Part shown: one piece after another, positions 1-12,300 of the stretch
How positions within the stretch are numbered: the stretch's first letter is position 1
Layout of the letters: each line of letters starts with the position of its first letter
Assembly (NCBI GenBank): GCA_012295275.1
Contig: CM022670.1
Location: 13,888,001-13,952,000 of the forward strand
DNA: 64,000 nt
Direction: 5' to 3'
DNA from: Chrysomallon squamiferum
Lineage: Eukaryota > Animalia > Mollusca
Position numbers and translations under genes: made by a program
Notes under the pieces: model-generated
What the model was told of the DNA's origin: nothing
The model's input: only the letters and a program-made list of their open reading frames with translations
The model's database searches: none

Positions 1-217
1 ATAACATTAGTTTACACAAGAAATTACAAAGACATCTTATAAACACTGATGATACAAAAATACAAAAAATGAAGTTGGAAATGTAAATGGGAATGCTAAC
101 CAAATTAGCAATATACTAAGTAAATAAGAGGGGTTTGGAGTGTTTTTCATTTTTTTTTTCAAAGATGTTGAAAGTAGGTAAATTAACTGCTTTGATTTTA
201 AATGAAATAAAACTCAC

Positions 218-286
218 CACAACTCCATGTTGTCTCCTGGACCACATCTACTGACCAGCAGCTTGATAAGTTCACTCGTGTTCATT
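218..286 (-). CDS. CLCN3: ClC exon (R)[22 protein letters not shown](C)
   Basis: Flanked by cag acceptor and gtgagt donor, phase 2/2. Resembles the ClC-3 segment NTSELIKELFTDCGP. Confidence 0.9.
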
Positions 287-3200
287 CTGAAACAACCAAT
301 CAGAGAGCTCAGTTTATAAAGTCAGCATAGCAACAGCCAATCAAATATCTCAATTCATTTGTATTGTGTTTTTATTGTGTGAAATAAACCAATCATAACA
401 CTGGGACAGTGGAAGTGAAACAAGTGAATTTTCAGTGACAGCAGGATAGTAATACACAATTGTTTGTTATTCTTACTGATCAGAAGGAATGGTTTATATG
501 AATATTCTGCAGACACAAAGAAAATAACATAACCAATGATACACTACACATGGAGTAATGGCTGGAGTGGGAAATAGTCTGATGATTTCATAAAGGAAAT
601 TTGATTCAGTAATGCTTTGTTCCTGATATATTATCAGTCAGCATTTGAAAAATACACAGAAATCTTCTGAATATCAGAAAACTCTTTGCCTTGCGAGAGT
701 ATCACAGATAGCTAAAAAAAAGAGTCCTTTTTGCTGATTTCATAATCAAGCAATTACAGGACATGTAAAATCTGAAAATATAAAATTAAAATGAGAAGTA
801 TTTACCTTGTGTAGGAATTTGGATAACTGAGCAAAGCAGTTATGAAAGTGACAATCAAAACCTGAAACAAACCCAAAATAATTTTAAAAAAAGATCTATA
901 TAAAACTGAAAAAATATAGGCATTTTTTTTTTTTAAATTTAAATTCTAAACACATTCCTTTTCTACTTTTTATATTTTTTAAAATTGAAATTGATATTAC
1001 TGACCTATTTATTTTACTGAAGATACTATAGTAATAAATAACAATTTAACGATTTTTTGATTACAAAGGCAATGCGCACAGTATGCATGATTGGCCTTTT
1101 GGGCAGACATGTATGCTAATAACACTGTTTTTTTTTTTTTTTTTTTTTTAATGACAACCCCCACAAACCATATGGCACTTTAGGCATATGGAAATTAAAA
1201 TCATGTGGTATTTGAGGTTAAAATTATCTCTAAAGACTTTACATTACCTCAATAATTGGGTACCTTCCTAAGGATGATGTTTTTCTGTATCGACACCATA
1301 AGATGTTGAATTTGATGAAAAAACTACCATAAAGTCCCTGAAATAAAAAATATATAATGCATAAACCTTCAAATGGGAATACTTAATTATACACACAAAG
1401 CAAAGATATAACAAGTTGTTCCAAAAGGATAATCAGGCACTCTGAGGTAACAAATAAAAAGTACTTAAAATAAAATAATAAAGTCCTCGCAAAGAATAAT
1501 CTGAAGGGTTTAAGGATTAAAATTTCCAGTCACATTTACATAGAGCTCACTTATTATAAAAACAAATTAGTATAGTAAATAATAACAGCTGCAACAGAAT
1601 AATAACAATAACAATAATAATAATAATAATAACAACAACAACAGTAATAATAACAATAATAATAATCATAAACATTAATAGTAAGTAACATACCCCAAGA
1701 GCTCCTATGATAATGAACGGGATTAACTCCTGAATGTACCAAGGGTTGTAGTAGTCAATGTAAAACATGACGAGGTGATCGTTTCCGAATGGGTTGATTG
1801 ACCGCAACACAAAGGCTGCCACCAGGGCACAGAAAAAGGAACGCCAAAGAGTTTTCAGTGGAAAATAATAGCTGACCTAAACATTTGAAAATAAAAATTA
1901 AGTACATTAAAAAAAATATATAATAATAATAATAATATAAATATGTAAAAAATATGTTAATAAAATTAAGTATATAAATAAAAACTGATAAAGTAGTAAA
2001 TAACACTATACTTTGTGTGTGTGTATGTGCATTTGAGAGAGAGAGAAAGAGTGAGTGAAAGAGAGAGAGAAAGAGAGAGTGAAAGAGAGAGAGAGAGAAA
2101 GAGAGTGAAAGAGAGAGAGAGAGAGAGAGAGAGATACATTCAAGCAGACTGATAGAAAGTCAGTGTAAGTCAGTTTGTATTTGATACTGTCCTGATAAGG
2201 AAAAAACATCAAGGTCTATAATAAATGGACATATATTAATCAGACTGAGTAACTGTTATCCACCCAACTAACTCCAAGTTTAATACTTACCTCCTCCAAA
2301 CTGAAGAGCACACCTCCTACAGGAGCTCCAAAAGCAACACTGACTCCAGCTGCAGATGCTGCTGACAGAATCTAAATAGAAATATTTAACATTACAGTGA
2401 AATTATATTTTAACATTTTACTCTGTTATTGACTATTGTTGTGTAGGCACTCCAAAATAACAATGGAAAAGATAAAAAGCACATTCTGTGAATAAAAACA
2501 TTTGCTTTGCCACTTAATACAAATATAAATTAAATGGACATAACGTAAGAATAAAAAGAGTTTACAAAATTACAGAAATAATAATAATAATTTGATGTTA
2601 CAGAAATATGAATTTAATTCCTAACAGAAAGTAGTTTTAAACTTTTAAATGTGAAAGTAATAAAAGAAAAACATAAGACAAAGAAAAAAAAAAGAAGAAA
2701 AAAGAACAGATATACAATGAAGAAGAAAGATGGGATAAGAGAAATACAAAAAGAAAGAAAGAAAGAAGTAATAAATTAACAATGGAAAGGAAGAAGAATA
2801 GGAAAGAAAGTGAAAAAATTAAACTGTATATTGCTGTTTAATTATAATGCGACAGAACAAATCTCTCTTTGTTTCACACACCTCTCTTTTCTTGGCCTCA
2901 TTACGTCCATACTTTGGAAACAGGTAGGAGAAGATGTTACCACAGCAACAGGCAACATGGACAAAGGGTCCTTCTTTACCAAGACTCAGTCCTGCTGATA
3001 CTGCCAGCATCATACCAACAGACTTGACAAGCAGCGTCCACTTCCCCAGGTAACCTCGAATGATGAATCCACTCAGAATTGTTTTAATCTTTGGAAAGAA
3101 AAAAAAAAAAAAAGAAACAAAAAATTAAATTAAATTTTAAAATATAGCTGTGGTCAGTTTAATCACACTTCTAATATATGCTATGTAATTTTCTGTTGTT

Positions 3201-3746
3201 TTTTTGTTTTGTTTTTTTTATGTTTTTTTTTATGGTTTTTTACTTGCAATTAGTAATAAATAAATAATTTGAAATAAAAATAACAATAAATTTGAATAAT
3301 AAAAGTCAGAAGTTTAAAAATATATAAACTACTAATTTAATAAATGTTTTTATGCATGCTAAAACAAATAAATATAACATTAAAAAAGAAAAAAAAAGAT
3401 TATTATTATTTCTGCACAATTAATTACTTACTTCAGGGATACCAGATCCACAGGCGTATGGAGCAAACACTCTGACAAACATGGCTGCCAGTGCACCAAA
3501 GAGAAGAGCCCACAAGATAAAGAGAAGGTAACTGATAATGTAAGAACCTGGGCCTGCCAGGTTGAACAGTCTCGACCATGTGTACCACTGAAATAAACAA
3601 AGAAATAAATAATCAAAGAAAGACAGAAAGAAAGAAATTTTTTAAATGAAATTGATGATAAAATAACAGTTCTGGTAGTTTCACAGGGCAACAATAACAA
3701 CAACAACAACAAAAACTAAAAAAAAAAAAAAAATAAAAAATAATAA

Positions 3747-3779
<33 letters not shown>

Positions 3780-4362
3780 CAATAAAAAAAAAAAAAAAAA
3801 AAATAAATGAAAAGAAAAAAAAGTACAATTTTGAAGATCTATAACTGTTAATATCATCAGCAATTAATCTCATGTTTTCTATACTCCTTAAAATTAGTGT
3901 GAATATTATACAACAACAATAAACAAAACAGAACTGTTTCAATACTCAATTTAATGTTTTGTTATTATGAGTCAGTGGAGAGTATGTTTATTATAATGCA
4001 AAACGACAAACATCTGATTAATGACACCAGACCACACACCACTTACTTAGCTCTCTGTTAGTAACTTTATCATCATTAATGAAGACTGTCTACTGGGTTA
4101 AGAAATAAATCCACACTTGATATTTAGCAGATCCATTTCTAATGATAAACAGTAATTTCCACACATATCCATCAAGGGACAATGAAATTCCTTAAGGCAA
4201 TTTCATATTAAGAGAAAATAATTGCTGCTTTCACCAAGAATAATGTTTTGGAAGTAAGTAATATTCAAATTTTTAATGAAAGAAAGTCTCTGATACTCAT
4301 AATTACAAATAAAAGTTTATATATAAAAGATAACCCACTGCATCCACCAAAGTTATATAATA

Positions 4363-4393
<31 letters not shown>

Positions 4394-5212
4394 GCATACT
4401 ATATTTTAAAAAAAACACTGTATCACAAAGATCACATGATATTCAAAACAATTCACTGTTTCCACCAAGATCATATAATATTTAAAATAACCTACTGCAT
4501 CCACAAATGTCCTATATTAAAAAAAAAAAAAACTCACTGTATCCACTAGGTTCCTATGGTATTCAAAACTACCCACTGCATCCTCCAAGGTCCTATAATA
4601 CTCAGGATAACTCACTGAATCCATTAACATCCTATGATATTTAAAATAACCCATTGCATCCATCAAGGTCCAGTGATATTCATAATAGTTCAGTACATCC
4701 ACCAAGGTCCTGTATTTAAAAAAACTTGACTGCATCCACCAGATTGCTATGATATTCAAAATAACCCAGTGCATCCTCCAGTCTTATAATTCTCAAAATA
4801 AGCTACGGCATCAACCAAGGTCTTATATTTTTAAAAAACCACTGCCTCCACCATGCTCCTATGATATCAAAAATTGCCCAATGCTTCCTCCAAATTTCTA
4901 TGATATTTAAAATGACCGTCTGTTTCCAAAATGTCCTGTATTTAAATTAAGCAACTTCAAAAAAGCAATTTTCCAACAGAAGTAAAGTCAAATTAAAGAT
5001 ATTTTACAAATCATAATAAAGCAAAGGGTAAGTTTATCAGCTAAGGAAAAATGATTCCTTATATCACATGTAATTAATAACACAAGCTATAAATCTATCC
5101 TACAGGCACTATTTTCTGTATTTCATATTAAAAAAGTTAAGCCTCATTTTTAAAGGAAAACATTTGATTTTCCTATCATAAAAGTTAACTTTACAGGTAT
5201 TTAGGGTATAGA

Positions 5213-5254
<42 letters not shown>

Positions 5255-6366
5255 GTCTGTTTTTAAGGAATATATTTAATATCTGCATCGAACATTTTAT
5301 ATCTGAAGCAAGGTACTGAACTGTGATATTATTTTCCAAGTATTTATTAAAAGAGATAAGTGTATGTATTAATAAATAAATAAATAAATGTGTGTGGGTG
5401 TGTGTGTATGTATGTATGTATAAATAAGAATTCTATGAACTTTAAAACTATAAAACTATTCTACAAAGCAGTTTCATCAAACCAGCTTATAAATTTCATC
5501 TATTAAACATGTTAACAGATGTTTATTTAAAAATGTATTCATTTGTTTTACAAAACTGCTTCTTAGGAAATCATCTATACTACTTTTTAATACTCTCTAT
5601 TTTATTCCACACAGTTGTTACAATTATTTTTCATTTTCTGTCAGTTTTATTTTAGATTGACATGTTTGCACTCTAGTGACATTCATACTTATTATTTAGA
5701 AAAAAATAAAAATAAAAAATTTGATTGATTTATCTAGACTCAGCTGTGAATGTGATTACAGATGACTCAATAATATATATTAACTCAACAAAAACAATAA
5801 TTTTAATAACAGTAATACTTTTTTTCTATTTAATCTGATCTAATATGTTGAACCTTGAGGTAATGATGGAAGCTGAAATTTAATCATTACAGGATAAAAT
5901 AAATGCAGAAAATCAATCCTCTTTTATTAAAAATGACCTTAAAGAAATGAAGGAAGGAAATAACCTTTTAGCAAAATACCAAGTATTCTCTGCCGGGATT
6001 TTCAGTAGAATGTCAAATAAAAACATCTAGATATAAAGTCATCCATCTATTCACCTACCTAGTTGCCTACCTACCTGCCTGCCTACCTATTTATCTATCT
6101 ATCTTTAATTTCTGTTACAGTCTGATATCATAATCAATTATTTAATTAATGTTATTTTTATTTATATACCTGTTTGTATTGTTAACCATCTAATTGCCTA
6201 TCAATCTATCAGAGAGAGAGAGAGAGAGAGAAAGTGAAATAACTGTATCTGTTTATCATGTATTACATAAAAATCATATACATATCTAAAAACCACTCTT
6301 TACAATCATAGTAAGCTTTATCATCATGAACAATTATATAATCATAGGTCTTTTAACATTTTTTGG

Positions 6367-6398
<32 letters not shown>

Positions 6399-9300
6399 AC
6401 ACACACACACTTTCTTGCAGAAATGAAAAAAGGAAGCAGGTGAGACAGTGTGTGACTGACCTATACGTCATCATTTAATTGATATTGATAGGAGAACTTG
6501 CACGGAAGTGAATGCGCTGCCTGCATAAAATGAAGCTTTAACTTTCCATTCCAGCTGATAAAACCTTCTATATGGTAATCAATAGAGAAAATAAATTTCC
6601 TTCATAACACTCAGCCAGTGTGATGAAAACCACTTTTATTGCAAAAAGCAATTTGGGAAGAGGATCTCGTTTGCAACAGTTTATGTAACACTCGCATCGT
6701 TTTAAAATCAGTTTAGAAACTGATTCGTTTTATACAGTTTGATGGTTAGTCGAGCTTTATTATTATTATACTGTTATTTGCATTAACCCATCTGATGTTT
6801 TGATGATACTATAGTGTGACTATGCATACATGCATGTTTGTGTATGTGTGTGAAAGAGAAACTAACATATTATTATTTATTTTTTTATGTATGAAATGCA
6901 ATATAGTACTTCAAGTTACACTAAATCATTCTCTCTCTTTCCCACCTTCCATCTCTTTCTCTCTGAAGTACATTCACATGCACACACATGCCTGCAACTA
7001 AACAAACACAAACACACCCTAAAAACATCCTACTTCAGTGAGATTTGAAGAATGTTACTTTCACATTCATTTATATTCTTTTCTCTAGACTTATCTTATT
7101 AATTTAACATACAATCATAAAGTAATAATAAAGTTTCAAATAATTAAAATCACCAAAATCATACCAAAACATTTTTAACAAGTAATGACAACAAATAGTA
7201 GCATCCTGCATTTAAACACAAGTTACTTTAGTATTTTTCCAAGAGGTGTTATTCTTGGTGAAATTAAAACATCTTTCTGTGATGTTGATAACAGTGACTT
7301 GGCATGATTTCAAATCTGGTTACCATTTTGTATTTTCAACATTAAGGTTATCTTCTATGTCCTTTGGTAATTTAGGACTAACTGCACCATTGTTGTCTTT
7401 GTGAATTCTCAACACTGGTTACCAGTCAATTGTTTCCTTTATTAAAAGTAATTATTTTATGTGTTCTCAGCTCCACAGCCATTAACATCACTGGCCCACT
7501 TAGTTTATTTCCAATGACAGCTGTATCATACACAGCCTACACATTACTTACCTTTTTGAAATTTATAGTCTGGTTACCTTTTCCAAATATACTATAACAA
7601 TCATGCATAATTTTGTCAGATGTCTAGTTTGTTTTTAATTTTAACTTTCATTTTTTTTTTTTTTTTTTACTCAGACTGACAGTCTTGTTCTTCATACCTG
7701 ACACATATCCATTTTGATTTTGGCTTATTTATTAACAAACTGTCGCACCTGATCACAACCTCCCTCGTCATCAAATGTTGTGTCATTGCCTGTCCAGCAG
7801 CACTGCTCCTTGTTCAGCCAGAATGCCTCCGTGCAGATTCCTCCCTTCAGGTCTGACATCCATGTTGTTCCTATGTCTATCACACCCGCACACGCCCCTG
7901 TAATAAAAAAAAAACCTCACCAATACTGTAATATTTAGTTAATATCAACATTATTTCATGTAACCACACAATCAATAAATAATGTGATGCTGCAACAATT
8001 TAATTAGTCTTCATGTCATTTCCATAAACATGTGACTGTGTAAACTATACAATAAGTATAATATTGCCACAATTCAGTTAATTACCATCTCCATTCAGTT
8101 TCATTACTACTAACATATGAATGTGTAAAAAAAAAAAAATAATAATAATAATAACAATATCGCTGGTCTTCACATCATTTTGATATCTATCACATCGACA
8201 AACAAATATTTATCATGAAATAACAATATTATAACTGTTTAGTTATCTCCATTATGAAAATTTCAATCAGGATCCCCGTAATGTTATTCTAGTGCTCTAC
8301 CAACTGGGTATGAAGAGAAAATTTCCCAATCTACTGTGAGCTTTAGGACATTTTTAACATGATTTCATCAGGGAATTATTTGTTCACACTTTTGAGGGCA
8401 CAATCTCTGATTTCAGCTGAGATTTTCTGTCCCAGATAAACATTAATTACTGGTAGAGAGAGTATTTTATGTTTAAAATAATTAATATAAAAATAGGAGT
8501 AAAGAAAATGTGTTGTGTAAAATAAGCTGTCAGTAAAAGTTAGTGAGGTAAGAGATGTTAATTATTATCTGAATTGGAGGGAATATATTGTTTATTATTT
8601 AGTTATTTAATTAATTATTTATTTTATTTCTTATATATTATATGTTATCATTATCCTTAACTTAAATTTTGTTTTTTTTTAATTACATTGTTAATGTTTG
8701 GATATGTGTTCTGTTGTGAGTATGCTGCTTTATTGAGTATTATTAGGAAATGTATAGCTATTTTCTAGACTGTTAAAAAAAAAAAAATAATAAAAAAAAA
8801 TAAATAAATAAAAATAAATAATAAAAACATTTTACCAATTTTGCTTTTCTTTCAGTCTAAACTAGAACCGAAATATAAATTTGTCATACGCTAATAATCC
8901 TTTACTAATTTAAAAAATCCAACATAAAATAAATAAATAATAATTTTAAAAAAATTATTTACCTGTTGCTGCTCCTACCAAAAGGACACACACCCAACCT
9001 GACCAGGCATCATGGGCACTTTTCACTCTTTCCCAAAATCCTTCATGTTTTTTCTTGATGATGTGACGATGTCGCATGCGATCTCGTGCAATATCTCGCA
9101 ACCAATCAATGGTGTGGAAATCATCATACTGACCTATACCTGGAGGCAGGTCATCAAGTGTGTCCATCAAATTTGTGGAACCTGAAAAATATAAATATGT
9201 ATAATTAATAATTTTAGTAAAAACAAATTTAACATGGATTTCATATAGCTGAAAGGAAAAAGAGAAATATGAAAACAAATTTTTGCATGCTTAAGCGTCA

Positions 9301-12300
9301 TGAATCTTTAAAAATGTTCAGGTTTAAAGTAAAGATATGAAGTAATGATATAAAGGAATAATGTGAAGATGTAATTTAAATATATTCTATATGCTTTAAT
9401 TCATCTGAAAAAAACAAAATAAGAACAAAATTATAAAAAAATAAAAATAATAATAAAAAGTTGGGTTTTTTTGGTAGTTGTAACATCATCACATGTAAAA
9501 CAGATTAGTTTTTTCTAAAGTTTCTTCTAAAATCAGAAATATGAAGCTATCTATCCACCAAGTACATAGGGACATCACGATTCTAATTAAAAAGGACAGG
9601 ATTCATATTTCCTGGTGATTTGAAAAAGTAACTGAAATACATTTACATTTGTTTCAGAATTAGACATTTGATTTCCCAAAGTATAAGAAATAATAATAGA
9701 GTTAACCTTAAAATACTGTTCGTTCAAATCTCAGTGTGCTAATTTTTCTCATTTAAACCAGATGTGTGATACCTTGATATACACACACACACACACATAC
9801 TTACATACACACATACAAAGATCAATGTTATGATGCAGTTTACAACTAATAAGTAATTATTTATTCTTGCTTGTTTCATTTTCTTTACTTCTTCTGTCTG
9901 CAATCTCAAAATATTTTTTTCTTTCTTTCATTCTATTTTTCCTTTCTTAATTCTTTTAATAGGCTTTAAATTAATTTTTGTACTTATTTTTTATTTGGGA
10001 AATAAAGAAATTTTAAACCGAAAAAACATAATTTGTCCATTATCAATTTCATTTTGTGGATAATCATGATCATTTGTTTCTGTATTTCATAACAAAGCTT
10101 TTGTTTTTTCTTTATAAACTAAGACTTTTACTTCAAATAACATTCTGAAATATCAAGATATTATATCATATAATTAATTCTTTAAAATAAAAAATCAATG
10201 AAACTGAATAATATCACATATTATATCATTTCCAAAAATTTAAAAAAAATTTAAAAATTAAAAAATAATATATTGAAGTAATAATAATATTAAAAACTAA
10301 TAAATAAAATAATATAAAATTATTTAAAAAAACCTTTTTTTCTTTTATGACATCAGGCCATGGTGTGTATCATTTACATAAGAAAGAACAACATAAAACT
10401 GCTCATATAAAAGGAGTCAAGTATGAAATATTGATTTTTGAACTACTTTAAATATGTCTCATAAATTAAACTATATAATACAGAGGCCATTATGCAAACT
10501 ATTGGAAGTTTACTTTGGAGGTTATTATTATTATTTTTTCAATTTATTTTTATATTCCATTTTGAGACTATATAATTATTTACTTTAATATTGCCTGCAT
10601 GAAAAGGATGTGCATCTCTGTGTTTGTGAGCGTGTATGTTGTATTTGTACATGTACATGCTTAAGTATGTTGAAGAGAGAAATAAGGTCAAAGAAAGAGC
10701 GAGAAAGACTGACAGAAAGAGAAAGAAAGAAGACAGTTGACACAAACAGAAATTATATAGAGAGAATGAGTGGTATTTATTACTCTTGTTTCAGTAACTG
10801 TTTGAAAACATTAACAAGCAGTTGGTATGTTTAAAAGAAGTAAGTCTTTAAAACACAAATTGTTCGTTAATTCTAAGTATAATCTTTGATTAAAAAGATA
10901 ATAAATTATACTCTATCACATTAACATGTATTTTGAAAAAAAAAATTATTAAAAAAATATTTTCTTTTAAATAAAAATAATTAAAATTCTGGATACCTCA
11001 CATATTCCAAGTCAGAGAAAAATATTAAAATTAAAGAAAAAAACCCCATAAAAATTACAACAACAAACAAACATACAACATGGTTTTCATTATAAGGAGT
11101 AATGTTATTTGTTTCTCTATCTACTACTTCACTTATAACATATTACTAACGTTAAATTAACTTTTCAACATTTACAATAACTGTTGTTACAAAGTAAAAT
11201 ATTCATGCTGTTAATACTAACATGCCTGCATGTAAAGGGTGTTAATACTAAATGCAAAATTCCATCTCAAATGAAGTCTTATTTCAATGAATAACAAATT
11301 ATCATCATTAAAACACAATTTCTATTAATTATCAATATCCTGACTGTTCTACTATAGTGCCAGTATATGCACAATCCTTTTCAACACAACTTTTATTATT
11401 GTTATTTTTTTTTGTACTTTGATACTTAACATCTTAACAAAAATTTACTCTACAGTTTTTATGACTGACGATAACTATCATTACCATATTCTATTACTAC
11501 ACCATCTGTATAGGATAATTTCATTTTTGAATATGAACAAGTGTGTTGACAGCCCTAGGCAAAAGTAATTTTAATTTTTATAAGTATTATGTTTATCCAG
11601 GGCTGCCAAATGGTGACAAGTTTAAGGGAACTGCATATGGGACCAAGAACCGATGATCCCCACAACATTGTTAATGGATCTGGAAAATATCTTTTAGCAA
11701 TATTTTATCTCCCATATCAGTTTTGTTATGTTTTAAAGAACCAATTTCATATACTAATATAATAAAAACTAAAACTTAGATCATATAAAATAACTGTCAA
11801 CATTATAGAATTCCTTGTAATTCGTATTTCACATCAACCCTAAATATCTTACCAGTTTTTAATGTACCACCATCATTTTCCTCATCCTCATTATCACTAA
11901 ATTTAATTCCAAAACTGGCATTTGAAGAACGTGCCTGACTGTTACGATTGAAGTCAGTGTGTCTGTCTGATCTTCTTCCCCATGTGGATGTTTCTTCAAA
12001 TTCTTCTTTACTGGCACGGATGTTTGGAAGAACTTTGAAATAATCATCATCGTGAACAGGCTCGGCCATGTTTCAAAATGTATGTGACATGATACCCATG
12101 TTAAACTGTTATTCCTTTTGTTTATATTGTTTTACATATGTCCAGTTTCTTTTAGGAATATTGTTTTTTGCTAGCTCTTTTTTTTTCCATTTCGTTTACA
12201 CAGTGATGTTTTTAAATTGATGAACTTTTTCTTTTATTATATGAATAATAATAATACTGATAGTGATAATAATAATAATCTTACTGCTGATTATTTAAAA

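Noticed and set aside
4332-4945. Regularly spaced repeats superficially like a CRISPR array
   Set aside because: The units are contiguous, degenerate along their whole length and lack unique spacers. The context is a eukaryotic intron with no cas genes.
6615-6725. TGATGA...CTGA pair suggesting a C/D snoRNA
   Set aside because: It is antisense to the host gene and has no terminal stem.
7552-7569. 18-nt in-frame candidate microexon (TINFKK) with a strong AAG|gtaagt donor
   Set aside because: The acceptor is purine-rich with no polypyrimidine tract, so support is insufficient.
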